Part shown: positions 52,778 through 63,658 of the stretch, in pieces
Layout: every line of letters begins with the position of its first letter
How positions within the stretch are numbered: the stretch's first letter is position 1
Source of the DNA: an uncultured Candidatus Rokubacteria bacterium
Lineage (GTDB): Bacteria > Methylomirabilota > Methylomirabilia > Rokubacteriales > DASRDR01
Direction: 5' to 3'
Assembly (NCBI GenBank): GCA_963805625.1
Contig: CAWDVE010000010.1
Coordinates: forward strand, 224,001-288,000
Length of the DNA stretch: 64,000 nucleotides
Notes under the pieces: generated by a model
Told to the model about the DNA's origin: nothing
The model's input: only the letters and a program-made list of their open reading frames with translations
The model's database searches: none
Translations under genes and position numbers: made by a program

Positions 52778-55219
52778 GTGTTCGAGAGATTCACCGAGCG
52801 TGCGCGACGCGTCATCATCCTGGCCCGCGAGGAAGCCGGCCGATTCCGGCACGACTTCGTAGGGACCGAGCACATCCTGCTCGGGCTGATCCGTGACGGG
52901 GAGGGAATCGCGACGGCGGTTCTCCAGCGCCTGGGGCTCCGTCTCGAGACCGTCAAGAGCGAGGTCGAGCGGGCGCTGGCCGGATTCCCAAAGACGCTCA
53001 CGTTTGGCGAGGTCCCGTTCACGCCTCAGGCCAAGCGGGTGCTGGAGCTGTCGATCGAGGAAGCGCGCCAGCTCGGGCACAATTACATCGGTACCGAGCA
53101 CCTCCTTCTCGGCGTGATGAAGGAGGGGCAGTCGATCGCGGCCAAGATCCTCGAGTCGCTCGGCGCGCGGCTCGATGAGGTCCGCCAGGAGACGCTCGCG
53201 CTCCTGGGCGACCAGTACTACCCGCGGCCGAAGAAGCGAAGCCAGACGCCGGTCCTCGACGAGTTCGCGCGCGATCTGACCCAGTTCGCCCGTGACAGCA
53301 AGCTCGACCCGGTGATCGGGCGCGAGACGGAGATCGAGCGGGTCATCCAGATCCTCTCCCGCCGCACCAAGAACAACCCTGTCCTGATCGGCGAGCCCGG
53401 CGTGGGGAAGACGGCGATCGTCGAGGGGCTTGCCCAGAAGATCATCAACCACGACGTGCCGGACGTGCTCGTCGGCAAGCGGCTGCTCCAGCTCGACCTG
53501 GGCGCCTTGGTCGCGGGCACGAAGTACCGCGGCCAGTTCGAGGAGCGCCTGAAGGCCGTCATGAAGGAGATCCGGCAGTCGGAGAACGTGATCCTCTTCC
53601 TGGACGAGCTGCACACGCTGATCGGAGCTGGCGCGGCCGAGGGCGCGATCGACGCCTCGAACATGCTCAAGCCGGCGCTCTCTCGCGGCGAGATCCAGTG
53701 CATCGGGGCCACGACCCTCGACGAGTACCGGAAGCACATCGAGAAGGACGGTGCCCTCGAGCGACGGTTCCAGCCCATCATCGTGCGGGCCCCGTCGGTC
53801 CAGGAGGCGGTCGAGATCATCAAGGGTCTCCGGCCGAAGTACGAGGCGCATCATCGCGTGAAGATCAGCGACGCGGCGATCGACCTCGCGGTGAAGCTGG
53901 CCGACCGCCATATCACCGAGCGCCACCTTCCCGACAAGGCGATCGACGTGATCGACGAGGCGGCGAGCCGGACGCGGCTCCAGGCCATGACGCCGCCGGC
54001 GACGATCAAGGAGCTCGAGAAAGAGATCGAGCGGGTCGTCCGCGAGAAAGACATGTTCCTGGAGGCGCAGGAGTTCGAGAAGGCCGCCTCGCTCCGCGAG
54101 AAGGAAAAGGCGCTCCGGGGCCGCGAAGAAGAGCTCAAGCGCGAGTGGGAGAAGAACAAGAACCGGCAGACCCAGGTCGTGGGCGAGCAGGACATCGAGT
54201 ACATCGTGTCCCGTTGGACCGGGATCCCGCTCTCGCGGCTCGAGGAGAAGGAGTCGGCGAAGCTGGCCCGCATGGAGGAGTCGCTCCACGCGCGGGTCGT
54301 GGGCCAGGATGACGCGATCCGGGCGGTCTCCCGGGCGATCCGGCGCTCGAGAGCCGGCCTCAAGGATGCGAAGCGGCCGGTAGGCTCGTTCATCTTCCTC
54401 GGGCCGACCGGCGTGGGGAAAACGGAGCTCGCGCGGGCCCTGGCAGAGTTCCTCTTCGGCGACGAGAACGCGCTGATCCGCGTCGACATGTCCGAATACA
54501 TGGAGAAGTTCTCGGTCTCTCGCCTCTTGGGGGCCCCCCCCGGCTACGTCGGGTACGAGGAGGGTGGGTACCTCACGGAGAAGGTGCGGCGGCGCCCCTA
54601 CTCGGTCGTGCTGTTCGACGAGATCGAGAAAGCGCACCCGGACGTGTTCAACATGCTGCTCCAGGTGCTGGACGACGGCCGCTTGACTGACTCTCTCGGG
54701 CACGTCGTGGACTTCAAGAACACCATTCTGATCATGACGTCCAACCTCGGGACGGCCTTGATCGGCAAGCGCACCAGCCCGGGCTTCCTGTCGGCGTCGG
54801 CCGAAGACACCTACGACCGGATGAAGGACCGGGTGCTCGACGAGCTCAAGCGGGCCTTCCGTCCGGAGTTCCTCAACCGGATCGACGAAGTGATCGTGTT
54901 CCACTCGCTGAGCGAGGAGCACATCCGAGGCATCGTGCAGCTCATGCTCGATCGCGTGAACCGGCAGCTCGAGGAGCGGGCGATCCGAGTCGGTCTGTCC
55001 CCCGAGGCCGTGAACTTCCTGATCGAGAAGGGCTTCGACGCGACCTACGGCGCGCGGCAACTCCGGCGCATCATCCAGAAGCACATCGAGGATCCGCTCG
55101 CGGAATCCATCATCGCCGGCCGGGTCCAGGACGGAGTCCAGATCGAGGTCCGGGTCCAAGGTGAGGGGCTCATCTTCGAGCCAGTCTCCGAGCCTACACT
55201 GAGCCTGGCGGAGCGCTGA
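52778..55219 (+). CDS. clpC: ATP-dependent Clp protease ATPase ClpC
   Basis: [10 protein letters not shown], two Clp-N repeats, [11 protein letters not shown] middle domain, GPTGVGKT. Confidence 0.93.
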   Translation: MFERFTERARRVIILAREEAGRFRHDFVGTEHILLGLIRDGEGIATAVLQRLGLRLETVKSEVERALAGFPKTLTFGEVPFTPQAKRVLELSIEEARQLGHNYIGTEHLLLGVMKEGQSIAAKILESLGARLDEVRQETLALLGDQYYPRPKKRSQTPVLDEFARDLTQFARDSKLDPVIGRETEIERVIQILSRRTKNNPVLIGEPGVGKTAIVEGLAQKIINHDVPDVLVGKRLLQLDLGALVAGTKYRGQFEERLKAVMKEIRQSENVILFLDELHTLIGAGAAEGAIDASNMLKPALSRGEIQCIGATTLDEYRKHIEKDGALERRFQPIIVRAPSVQEAVEIIKGLRPKYEAHHRVKISDAAIDLAVKLADRHITERHLPDKAIDVIDEAASRTRLQAMTPPATIKELEKEIERVVREKDMFLEAQEFEKAASLREKEKALRGREEELKREWEKNKNRQTQVVGEQDIEYIVSRWTGIPLSRLEEKESAKLARMEESLHARVVGQDDAIRAVSRAIRRSRAGLKDAKRPVGSFIFLGPTGVGKTELARALAEFLFGDENALIRVDMSEYMEKFSVSRLLGAPPGYVGYEEGGYLTEKVRRRPYSVVLFDEIEKAHPDVFNMLLQVLDDGRLTDSLGHVVDFKNTILIMTSNLGTALIGKRTSPGFLSASAEDTYDRMKDRVLDELKRAFRPEFLNRIDEVIVFHSLSEEHIRGIVQLMLDRVNRQLEERAIRVGLSPEAVNFLIEKGFDATYGARQLRRIIQKHIEDPLAESIIAGRVQDGVQIEVRVQGEGLIFEPVSEPTLSLAER

Positions 55220-55245
55220 CCTTCCGGTTCCCGTTCGCCCGGGGA

Positions 55246-57558
55246 GTGCCCTTGGCTCTCGCCGGGAGGTGCCCGCAGGGGACGCCCCGGACGAGGGGAT
55301 CGATCCTTCTCTCGGTGCTAGTCACGCTCCTGATGCTCCCGGCCACCGGGTGGGCGCAGGAGACGGCGCCGACCCAGCCCAGCGCTCCGGTCCCGACCGT
55401 CAAGGACATCGCAGTCGAAGGGAACCGCCGGATCCAGGGACCGGCCGTCCTGAACCGCGTGCAGACCAAGATCGGCGATCCGCTCTCCCCGGCCGCGCTC
55501 CGCGACGACGTCCGCTCCATCTTCGGCCTTGGGTTTTTCGACGATGTGCAGGTTCGCACCGAGGAGTTCGAGGGCGGGGTCCGCGTGATCTTCGCCGTCG
55601 TCGAACGACCGCTTCTCCGCGAGGTCAGCTTCGAGGGGAACGCGGAGCTCACCACCGATGAGCTCCGGGAGAAAGCCACCATCCGGGTCGGCGTGCTCTA
55701 CAACCCGGTCGAGGTTCAGAAGTCCGAGGAGGCCATCCGTCAGAAGTACGAGGACGAGGGGTTCTTCGGAGTCCAGATCACCCCGCGCACCGAGCGCACG
55801 CCCGAAGGCGACCTGCGGGTCGTGTTCCGGATCGAGGAAGGGCCGAAACTCCACATCGACCGCATCATCATCGAGGGAAACAGCGCGCTCACCGCGGGCC
55901 TGATCAAGGACGCGATGTCGACGAAGGAGCGCCTGTACTGGATCTTCCCCTTCTCGACCGTGCAGCGCAAGGTGTTCGACGACGACGTGGACCGTATCCT
56001 CCAGCTCTACGCCGACCACGGCTACATCCAGGCCCGCGTGGAGTCCACCGAAATCGTGCCCGACCTCGCGCGGAAGAAAGTGACGCTCCGCGTACGCGTG
56101 GTGGAGGGGCCGCAGTTCCGCACGGGCACCATCGCGATCACGGGTAACGAGATCCTCACGACCGAGGAGGTACGCAAGCTCGTGAGCCTCAAGGAGGGCG
56201 GTGTCTTCAGCCGGGGGGCGCTGCGCAACTCCGTGCGGGCGATCGTGGATCGCTACTCCGAGCTGGGCCGGGCCCGGGCCGAGGTCGACCCCCGGACGGC
56301 GAACGACTTGGCGAACCTGAAGGTGGACGTGAGCATCCCGATCGTCGAGGGCGGTCCGGTCTACGTCGAGCGGATCAACATCGCCGGCAACACGAAGACC
56401 TCGGAGAAGGTTCTGCGGCGGGAGCTGCGCGTGACCGAGGGCGAGCTGTTCACATTCCAGAAGCTCGTGCGGAGCCGCCAGCGGCTGTTCAACCTCGGCT
56501 ATTTCGAGGAAGTGAACGTCAACACCGAGCTGGGATCCACGCCCGACAAGATCGTCGTGAACGTCGACGTGAAGGAGCGGTCGACGGGGATTTTCAGCAT
56601 CGGTGCGGGCTATAGCAGCCTCGACAGCCTCTTCGCCACACTCGACGTGAGCCAACGGAACCTCTTCGGCCGGGGCCAGGAGGTGTTCCTCCGGTTTCGC
56701 ATCGGCACGCAGAGCCGGCTGGGTCTCGTCGGGTTCACGGAGCCGTACCTCTTCGACATCCCGCTGCGCGCGGGATTCGACATCTACGACCGCGAGCGAG
56801 AATACGAAGACTTTACGGAGGAGCGCCTCGGAGGTGACATCCGGGCGAGCTACCCGCTCACGGAGTTCATAATTCTCTCCGGTCTCTACCGGCTTGAGAA
56901 TGTCGACATCACCAATGTGTCCCCCACGGCAGGCGAGGATCTGAAGAGCCAAGAGGGAACGAGCCTCAACTCGGTGGTTGAGTTCTTGCTAGCTCGGGAC
57001 ACGCGCGACAACATCTTCGAGCCGAGCAGGGGTAGCCGGAATTCGGTGGAGTTCCAGTTCGCGGGTCTGGGCGGAGATACTCAGTACTACAAGGTCATCG
57101 CGGAATCGGGATGGTTCGTTCCGTTGCCCGTGTTCAACCTCGTATGGGCCGTCCGCGGGCTTGCCGGGTTCGCCGAAGGCTGGGGCGGCGAGGAGGTCCC
57201 GATCTACGAGCGGTTCTTCCTCGGCGGCGCCAACACGCTCCGCGGCCAGAAGACGCGGTCCGTAGCCCCGAAGGACAACCGAGGGGATACCATCGGTGGT
57301 ACCTCGGAGCTCCTGTTCAATACTGAGCTCTTGATCCCGATCATCCCGCGATTCCGGCTGGCCCTCTTCTTCGATGCTGGCAACGCGTACGGGTTCGGCA
57401 CGGACTTCGACCCCACGGACCTCCGGTATAGTGCCGGCGTGGGGGTTCGCTTCTTCTCGCCGCTGGGTCCCATGCGACTGGATCTGGGGTACAACCTGGA
57501 CCAGCAGCCGGGAGAGAAGTCCTACCAGATCAATTTCACGGTTGGGGCGCCCTTCTAG
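55246..57558 (+). CDS. bamA: Outer membrane protein assembly factor BamA
   Basis: Signal peptide, POTRA repeats, LGGANTLRG, SPLGPMRLD, C-terminal Phe. Confidence 0.95.
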   Translation: MPLALAGRCPQGTPRTRGSILLSVLVTLLMLPATGWAQETAPTQPSAPVPTVKDIAVEGNRRIQGPAVLNRVQTKIGDPLSPAALRDDVRSIFGLGFFDDVQVRTEEFEGGVRVIFAVVERPLLREVSFEGNAELTTDELREKATIRVGVLYNPVEVQKSEEAIRQKYEDEGFFGVQITPRTERTPEGDLRVVFRIEEGPKLHIDRIIIEGNSALTAGLIKDAMSTKERLYWIFPFSTVQRKVFDDDVDRILQLYADHGYIQARVESTEIVPDLARKKVTLRVRVVEGPQFRTGTIAITGNEILTTEEVRKLVSLKEGGVFSRGALRNSVRAIVDRYSELGRARAEVDPRTANDLANLKVDVSIPIVEGGPVYVERINIAGNTKTSEKVLRRELRVTEGELFTFQKLVRSRQRLFNLGYFEEVNVNTELGSTPDKIVVNVDVKERSTGIFSIGAGYSSLDSLFATLDVSQRNLFGRGQEVFLRFRIGTQSRLGLVGFTEPYLFDIPLRAGFDIYDREREYEDFTEERLGGDIRASYPLTEFIILSGLYRLENVDITNVSPTAGEDLKSQEGTSLNSVVEFLLARDTRDNIFEPSRGSRNSVEFQFAGLGGDTQYYKVIAESGWFVPLPVFNLVWAVRGLAGFAEGWGGEEVPIYERFFLGGANTLRGQKTRSVAPKDNRGDTIGGTSELLFNTELLIPIIPRFRLALFFDAGNAYGFGTDFDPTDLRYSAGVGVRFFSPLGPMRLDLGYNLDQQPGEKSYQINFTVGAPF

Positions 57559-57583
57559 AGCGGAGGCCGTGAGAGGTGATGCA

Positions 57584-58126
57584 ATGAGAGACAGATGGAT
57601 GGTTGGGATGGTCGCGCTCATCGCCGCCGGACTCGTCGGCGGGCTCGTCACGGGCACGGATGCCGCCGGTACGCGGATCGGATACGTGGACGTCCAGCGG
57701 GTGATCGTCCGCTCGGTCGCCGGCGTCGCCGCGCGGGAGCAGCTCGAGCGAGACAAGGTGACGATGCAGAAGGACGTCGACAACCGCCGGGTCGAGGTCG
57801 ACAAGCTCCGCGAGGAGATGGAGAAGAAGGGGCTGGTCCTGTCTGCCGAGGCGCGCCGCGAGAAGGATGAGACCCTCCAGCGGAAGGTGCGGGACCTCCG
57901 GCGCCTGGCCGAGGACCTCGAGAAGGAGCTGCAGAAGAAGGAGCAACAGGCCACGCAGCGGATCCTCGGAGAGCTGACGGGTATCATCGAGAAGATGGGC
58001 AAGGAGCGCGGCTTCCTGCTCATCGTCGAGCGGCGGAGCGGTGGCGTGATCTACGGGGATCCGGAAGGCGACGTCACCGACGAGGTGATCAAGCTGTACG
58101 ATCAGGAGAAGGCGAAGAAGCCCTAG
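57584..58126 (+). CDS. skp: Skp/OmpH periplasmic chaperone
   Basis: [10 protein letters not shown], coiled coil, DVTDEVI; follows bamA. Confidence 0.92.
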   Translation: MRDRWMVGMVALIAAGLVGGLVTGTDAAGTRIGYVDVQRVIVRSVAGVAAREQLERDKVTMQKDVDNRRVEVDKLREEMEKKGLVLSAEARREKDETLQRKVRDLRRLAEDLEKELQKKEQQATQRILGELTGIIEKMGKERGFLLIVERRSGGVIYGDPEGDVTDEVIKLYDQEKAKKP

Positions 58127-58127
58127 G

Positions 58128-59186
58128 ATGTCCGCGCGCTCCCTCGGTGAGCTGGCGCGCCTCGTCGGCGGGGATCTGGAGGGGGATCCGTCCCTCGAGA
58201 TCCGGGGATTCGCGAGTCTCGAAAGCGCGGGCCCAGGCGACCTGTCCTTCGTCGCGGCTGACCGCCACCTCGCCACGGCTCGCCGGAGCGCGGCGTCCGC
58301 GCTGATCGCGCCGCCCGGACTCGACCTCGGCGGGCGGCCGGTGATCCGCGTCGTCCAGCCCTACGCGGCCATCGCCGTTGTCGTCCGGGTGTTCTTCCCC
58401 GAGCCCGTCCTGTCCCCTGGCGTCCACCCCAACGCCTACGTCGCCGACAGCGCTCGCGTCGCGCCCGGCGCCACGGTGGGAGCCTTTGCCGTGGTCGGCG
58501 AGCGGTCGCTCGTCGAGGACGGGGCCGTGCTCCACCCCCACGTCTTCGTGGGTCCAGACTGCCGGGTGGGGGAGCGGAGCGTGCTCCACCCGCACGTGGT
58601 GCTGCGGGAGCGTGTGGCGCTGGGGCGCCGCGTGATCGTCCACCCGGGCAGCGTGCTCGGCGCCGACGGGTTCGGGTACGTGTTCGACGGCCAGGCGCAC
58701 CGGAAGATCCCGCAGGTCGGCCGGGTCGTCGTGGAGGACGACGTCGAGATTGGAGCCAACGTCACCGTGGACCGCGCGACCCTCGGGGAGACCGTGATCG
58801 GCCGGGGGACCAAGATCGACAACCTCGTGCAGATTGGCCATAATACCGTCATCGGGGCGGACTCGATCATCGTCGCCCAGACCGGCATCTCGGGTTCCTG
58901 CCGGATCGGGCGCGGCGTGGTGCTGGGCGGGCAGGTGGGGATTACCGACCACGTGACGGTCGGCGACGGGGCCCAGGTCGGCTCGCAGTCCGGCCTCCAT
59001 CGCGACGTGCCGGCGGGCGCCGGGGTGATCGGCACCCCGGCCATGTCGGCGGACGCGGGGCTCCGCGCGATGGCGGCGTTCGGACGTCTCCCGGACCTCC
59101 TGCGGGACGTGCGGGCTCTTGGGCGACGCATGGCGGCGCTGGAGCGGAGGCTTGGCGTGGAGGGAGGACCGGCGGCCCGTGGGTGA
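58128..59186 (+). CDS. lpxD: UDP-3-O-acyl-glucosamine N-acyltransferase
   Basis: [30 protein letters not shown], hexapeptide repeats. Confidence 0.96.
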   Translation: MSARSLGELARLVGGDLEGDPSLEIRGFASLESAGPGDLSFVAADRHLATARRSAASALIAPPGLDLGGRPVIRVVQPYAAIAVVVRVFFPEPVLSPGVHPNAYVADSARVAPGATVGAFAVVGERSLVEDGAVLHPHVFVGPDCRVGERSVLHPHVVLRERVALGRRVIVHPGSVLGADGFGYVFDGQAHRKIPQVGRVVVEDDVEIGANVTVDRATLGETVIGRGTKIDNLVQIGHNTVIGADSIIVAQTGISGSCRIGRGVVLGGQVGITDHVTVGDGAQVGSQSGLHRDVPAGAGVIGTPAMSADAGLRAMAAFGRLPDLLRDVRALGRRMAALERRLGVEGGPAARG

Positions 59187-59964
59187 GCGGACGACGGACA
59201 TCCACCCTTCCGCGGTCGTGCATCCGAGCGCTCGGCTGGACCCGGGCGTGCACGTGGGGCCGTTCGCGGTAATCGGCCCGGGCGTGTGCCTGGGAGAAGA
59301 CACGGAGATCGGCCCTCACGTCGTGCTGGAGGGACCGCTCGAGCTGGGAGCCCGGTGCCAGATCTACGTCGGGGCGGTGATCGGGCTGCCGCCGCAGGAC
59401 CTCAAGTGGAAGCCGGGGACGCCGTCGGGCGTGCGGATCGGCGAGGGTACCGTGGTCCGTGAGTACTCGACCATCCATCGCGCGACGACACCGGACGGCT
59501 TCACCGTGCTGGGGAAGGACTGCTATCTCATGGCGCAGGGGCACATCGCCCATGATTGCCAGATCGGTGACAACGTGATCATGACGGGGTACACGGCACT
59601 CACCGGATTCGTGCAGGTCGGCGACCGGGCCGTGATCTCCGGCCTGACGGGGATTCACCAGTTCGTGCGCATCGGGACGCTCGCCATGGTGAGCGGATGC
59701 TCGCGGATCGGTCAGGACGTGCCGCCGTACTTCATCGTCGAGGGCAATCCCGCCGAGGTGCGCGGAGTGAACATCGTCGGACTGCGACGCGCCGGCGTGC
59801 CGGCTGACGTCCGGCTGAACCTCCAGCGCGCCTACAAGATCCTCTACCGGTCGGGCCGCGCCCCGGGACCGGCGCTCGAGCAGATCCGTGGTGAGATCGA
59901 GCCGTCGCCCGAGATCGAGCAGCTCTGCGAGTTCATCGCGTCATCCAAGCGCGGGATCTGCTAG
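59179..59964 (+). CDS. lpxA: Acyl-ACP--UDP-GlcNAc acyltransferase
   Basis: [41 protein letters not shown]. Confidence 0.96.
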   Translation: MGERTTDIHPSAVVHPSARLDPGVHVGPFAVIGPGVCLGEDTEIGPHVVLEGPLELGARCQIYVGAVIGLPPQDLKWKPGTPSGVRIGEGTVVREYSTIHRATTPDGFTVLGKDCYLMAQGHIAHDCQIGDNVIMTGYTALTGFVQVGDRAVISGLTGIHQFVRIGTLAMVSGCSRIGQDVPPYFIVEGNPAEVRGVNIVGLRRAGVPADVRLNLQRAYKILYRSGRAPGPALEQIRGEIEPSPEIEQLCEFIASSKRGIC

Positions 59965-59973
59965 GGGAGGGAG

Positions 59974-60981
59974 ATGGGCAAGCGCGAGCAGAAGCGGCTG
60001 CGGGCCGGGGTCATCGGCGCCGGTCACATGGGGCAGTACCACATCTTGGTCTACGCCGAGCTGTGGGACGTGGACCTCGTGGGCATCGTGGATGCCGACG
60101 CGGGGAAGGCGGCCCGCCTCGCCGCGCAGTACGATTCTCAGGCCCTAACCGATCACCGGGAGCTCTTCGGCAAGGTGGACGTCGTGTCCATCGCGGTGCC
60201 GACGCCGCTTCACTTCGAGATCGCGAAGGACTGCCTCGAGGCGGGCATCAGCGTCCTGGTGGAGAAGCCGTTGACCTCCACGCTCGAGGAGGCCCGCGAG
60301 CTCTTTTGCATCGCGCGGGAGGGGAACGTCGTCCTGCACGTCGGCCACGTCGAGCGGTTCAACGGGGCCGTCCAGGAGCTGCGCAAGATCGTCGCGAACC
60401 CGATCCTGGTGGAGTCCCGCCGGCTGGGACCGTTCGTTCCCCGGGTGCAGCACGACACGGTGGTCATGGACCTCATGATCCACGACGTCGACATCGTGCT
60501 CGGATTGGTGGACAGTGAAGTCCGGCGGATCACGGCGGCTGGCTCGCGGGTCCACTCGGCGCGCTCCGACGTCGCCAACGTGCAGATCCTGTTCGAGAGC
60601 GGTACCGTCGCCAACATCACCGCCAGCCGAGCCACCGAGCACAAGGTCCGGACGCTCGCCATCACGCAGCCCGACGCGTACATCTTTCTCGACTACACCG
60701 ACCAGGACATCCAGATCCACCGGCGCGCGGCGTCCGAGTACGTGTTGAACCGGGAGTCGATCCGCTACCGGCAGGAGTCCTTTGTCGAGCACCTGTTCGT
60801 GCACAAGGAGAACCCGCTCAAGTTGGAGATCCTGCACATCCTCCGGGCCGTTCGCGAGGCACAGCGGACCGGGATGGTCGAGCTCGTGGAGCAGGATGAC
60901 GTCCGCTCGCTCGCCGTGGCGCTCGAGATCGAGCGAATGATCGAGGAGGGTCGGCCGCACCTCGACTGGCCGCCCCGCTGA
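59974..60981 (+). CDS. Gfo/Idh/MocA oxidoreductase, GnnA-like
   Basis: GAGHMG, VEKP, VGHVERFN, DLMIHDVD; located between lpxA and lpxI/lpxB. Confidence 0.8.
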   Translation: MGKREQKRLRAGVIGAGHMGQYHILVYAELWDVDLVGIVDADAGKAARLAAQYDSQALTDHRELFGKVDVVSIAVPTPLHFEIAKDCLEAGISVLVEKPLTSTLEEARELFCIAREGNVVLHVGHVERFNGAVQELRKIVANPILVESRRLGPFVPRVQHDTVVMDLMIHDVDIVLGLVDSEVRRITAAGSRVHSARSDVANVQILFESGTVANITASRATEHKVRTLAITQPDAYIFLDYTDQDIQIHRRAASEYVLNRESIRYRQESFVEHLFVHKENPLKLEILHILRAVREAQRTGMVELVEQDDVRSLAVALEIERMIEEGRPHLDWPPR

Positions 60982-60986
60982 GCGGG

Positions 60987-61805
60987 ATGGCCGAGGCCCT
61001 CGGCCTGGTCGGCGGGGCCGGGACGCTGCCGGTCCTCATGGCCCGCGAGGCGCGGCGGGCCGGCTGGCGTGTGGTCGCCTTCGCCCTCGCGGCCGCCGAG
61101 CCTCTCACGCCTCATGCCGATCGGGTTGTGCCCTGTCAGCTCGGCGACGTGGGGCCTATCCTGGCGGCGCTGGGCGAGGAGGGGATCCGCCACGTGGTGC
61201 TGGCCGGCCGGGTCAGGAAGGACCTGCTGTTCCAGGGGGCGCCGCTCGACACGGCCGCTCGGCAGCTCCTCGCTAAGGCCGCAGACTGGACGGACGAGGG
61301 TCTGCTCGGCGCGGCGGTGCAAGGGCTCGCGGCGATGGGTATCGAGGTGCTGGACCAGCGACAGTTCCTGGCGCCCTGGCTGGTGCCGGCTGGGCTGATC
61401 GCCGGTCCGCCCGTCCGTCCGGAGCTCGAGGCCGACGTGGTGCGAGGGCTTCAGCTGGCCCGCGACCTGGCGGAGCGTGGGGTTGGTCAGACGGTCATCC
61501 TCCGATCAGGCTCGGTGGCGGCCGTCGAGGCGATGGAGGGAACCGACGAGACCGTCCGCCGGGGCCTCGCTCTGGCGGGCCGTGGCGCGGTCGTGGTCAA
61601 GGCGGCGGCTCCCGCGCACGATTACCGGCTGGACGTGCCCACCGTCGGTCCCGACACGGTTGACTGCTGCACGGCGGGTGGGGCGGCTGTGCTGGCGCTT
61701 CAGGCGGGACGCGTGCTCCTGCTCGAGCGCGAGCGCGTCGAGTCGGAAGCGGCCCGGACGGGGATGAGCATTGTCGGGGTCGCGGAGCGGCCGGGCGTCG
61801 ACTGA
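60987..61805 (+). CDS. lpxI: UDP-2,3-diacylglucosamine diphosphatase LpxI
   Basis: LVGGAGTLP, GVGQTV, AVEAMEGTD, DVPTVGPDT. Confidence 0.9.
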   Translation: MAEALGLVGGAGTLPVLMAREARRAGWRVVAFALAAAEPLTPHADRVVPCQLGDVGPILAALGEEGIRHVVLAGRVRKDLLFQGAPLDTAARQLLAKAADWTDEGLLGAAVQGLAAMGIEVLDQRQFLAPWLVPAGLIAGPPVRPELEADVVRGLQLARDLAERGVGQTVILRSGSVAAVEAMEGTDETVRRGLALAGRGAVVVKAAAPAHDYRLDVPTVGPDTVDCCTAGGAAVLALQAGRVLLLERERVESEAARTGMSIVGVAERPGVD

Positions 61806-62940
61806 CGTCCTGATGGTGGCCGGGGAGGCCTCCGGGGACCTCCACGGAGCCACGTTGGCTCGGGCGCTCACCACGCTGGCGCCCGGCCTCCGCCTCGCCG
61901 GAATGGGGGGAGCGCGGATGGCTGCCGCGGGCGTCCGGCTCGTCCAGCGCGCCGAGCCCGTCACCGTCGTGGGGGGGACCGAGGCGCTTGGCCGGCTCCC
62001 CGCGCTCTGGTCGGCGTTCCGCGGGCTCCGGCGCCATCTCCGGTACCGGCGCCCAGGCGTGCTCGTGCTGATCGACTTCCCGGAGTTCAACCTGCGCCTG
62101 GCCCGTGTGGCGCACCGGCTCGGCGTGCCCGTGGTGTACTTCGTGGCGCCACAGCTGTGGGCCTGGCGGCCGGGGCGGGTCCGCACCATGGCGCGAGACG
62201 TGAATCGGGTCCTGGCGATCTTCCCGTTCGAGGTCGGCCTCTACCAGGAGGCCGGGGTGCCTGTCGAGTTCGTCGGCCATCCGGTGCTCGACTTCCTGCC
62301 CGCACTGGACCGTGAGACGGCGCGCTCGGGGCTCGCGACGGAGGGAGAGACGCTGGTCGGCCTCCTGCCGGGAAGCCGGGACGCCGAGATCCGGCGCCAT
62401 CTGCCCGTGCTGCTTGATGCGGCGCACCGGATCGCGGCGCGCCGACCGCGGACGCGGTTCGCCCTGCCGGTCGCTCACACCATTGCGGTGGCGGGGGTGG
62501 CGGCGGCCGTCCGCGCTTCCAGGCTGCCGATCGAAGTGCTGCCCAGGGACGCCTATCGGGTGATGGCCGCGGCCGATCTCCTGCTCGTCGCCTCCGGGAC
62601 CGCGACGCTCGAGGCCGCCTGCTACGGTACCCCGATGGTCGTGCTGTATAGGCTCTCGGCGGTGTCGCACGCGATCGCCCGCCGCCTGGTTCGTGGGGTG
62701 TCGCACATCAGCCTCCCGAACATCGTGGCGGGGCGGGAGATCGTGCGTGAGCTCGTCCAGAGGCAAGCCACACCGGACGCGATTGCGGGAGCCGCGCTCC
62801 AGCTTCTCGAGGACGACGTGGCTCGGGCGGCTCAGCGCGCGGCCCTGCTCGAGGTCCGGGTCCGGCTCGGCGAGGCGGGGGCGGGTCTCCGCGCCGCCCG
62901 CGCGGTCCTGCGAGAGCGCGATGGGGCGACCGATCGCTGA
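61771..62940 (+). CDS. lpxB: Lipid-A-disaccharide synthase (start uncertain)
   Basis: AGEASGDLHG, IDFPEFN, PQLWAWR, FVGHP, LLPGSR, SGTATLE, SLPNI. Confidence 0.96.
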   Translation: MSGSRSGRASTDVLMVAGEASGDLHGATLARALTTLAPGLRLAGMGGARMAAAGVRLVQRAEPVTVVGGTEALGRLPALWSAFRGLRRHLRYRRPGVLVLIDFPEFNLRLARVAHRLGVPVVYFVAPQLWAWRPGRVRTMARDVNRVLAIFPFEVGLYQEAGVPVEFVGHPVLDFLPALDRETARSGLATEGETLVGLLPGSRDAEIRRHLPVLLDAAHRIAARRPRTRFALPVAHTIAVAGVAAAVRASRLPIEVLPRDAYRVMAAADLLLVASGTATLEAACYGTPMVVLYRLSAVSHAIARRLVRGVSHISLPNIVAGREIVRELVQRQATPDAIAGAALQLLEDDVARAAQRAALLEVRVRLGEAGAGLRAARAVLRERDGATDR

Positions 62941-63658
62941 GCCCAGCGGTGCGTGGCCGGCCGCGCGCGAGCGGCGCCGGCCGGGACGCGCGCTGGCGAC
63001 CTCGGGACCAGCGATCGCTCTCGGGAGGGGGATGGTGCGCGTGCTCGCCGCGAGCCTCCGCCTGCGGGAGTTTCCCACGCGAAGCGTGGAGGCCATCTGG
63101 CGCAGCGGAGAGCCCGTGATCTATACCGTGTGGCACGGGCAGATCCTCCTCCTGCCGCTTGTCTACGGACGGCGTTACCCGATCCACGCGCTGACGAGCC
63201 GATCCCGGGACGGCGAGATCCTGAGCCGATTCGTGCAGGGCTTCGGGATCCGGGTGGTGCGCGGCTCCTCCTCTCGCGGCGGAGCCCGCGCGCTCCTGGC
63301 GCTTGCCCGGGTGATCCGCGAGGAGGGCGACAACGTCCTCATCGTGCCTGATGGCCCCAGAGGGCCGCGCCACGTCGCGCAGAATGGCGCCGTGATCCTG
63401 GCAAAGATGACCGGCGTTCCGATGGTGCCGCTGGCCTTCGGCGCCTCGCCGTGCCGCGTTCTCCGATCGTGGGACGCCTTTGTCGTGCCGCACCCCTTTG
63501 CTCGGGCGGCGATCGTGTTCGCCGATCCCATCGTCGTGCCGCGCGACGCCGACCGTGACGTCATCGAGGCCAAGCGTCGCGAGCTCGAGACCACTCTCCG
63601 GGAGATCACTGTCGCGGCGGACCGGGCGGCTGGCGGGGGCGATGTACCGACTCTATAG
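62921..63658 (+). CDS. DUF374 lysophospholipid/lipid A late acyltransferase (LpxJ-like); start uncertain
   Basis: WHG, SRSRDGE, RGSSSRGG, PDGPRGP, SWD.F. Confidence 0.85.
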   Translation: MGRPIAEPSGAWPAARERRRPGRALATSGPAIALGRGMVRVLAASLRLREFPTRSVEAIWRSGEPVIYTVWHGQILLLPLVYGRRYPIHALTSRSRDGEILSRFVQGFGIRVVRGSSSRGGARALLALARVIREEGDNVLIVPDGPRGPRHVAQNGAVILAKMTGVPMVPLAFGASPCRVLRSWDAFVVPHPFARAAIVFADPIVVPRDADRDVIEAKRRELETTLREITVAADRAAGGGDVPTL

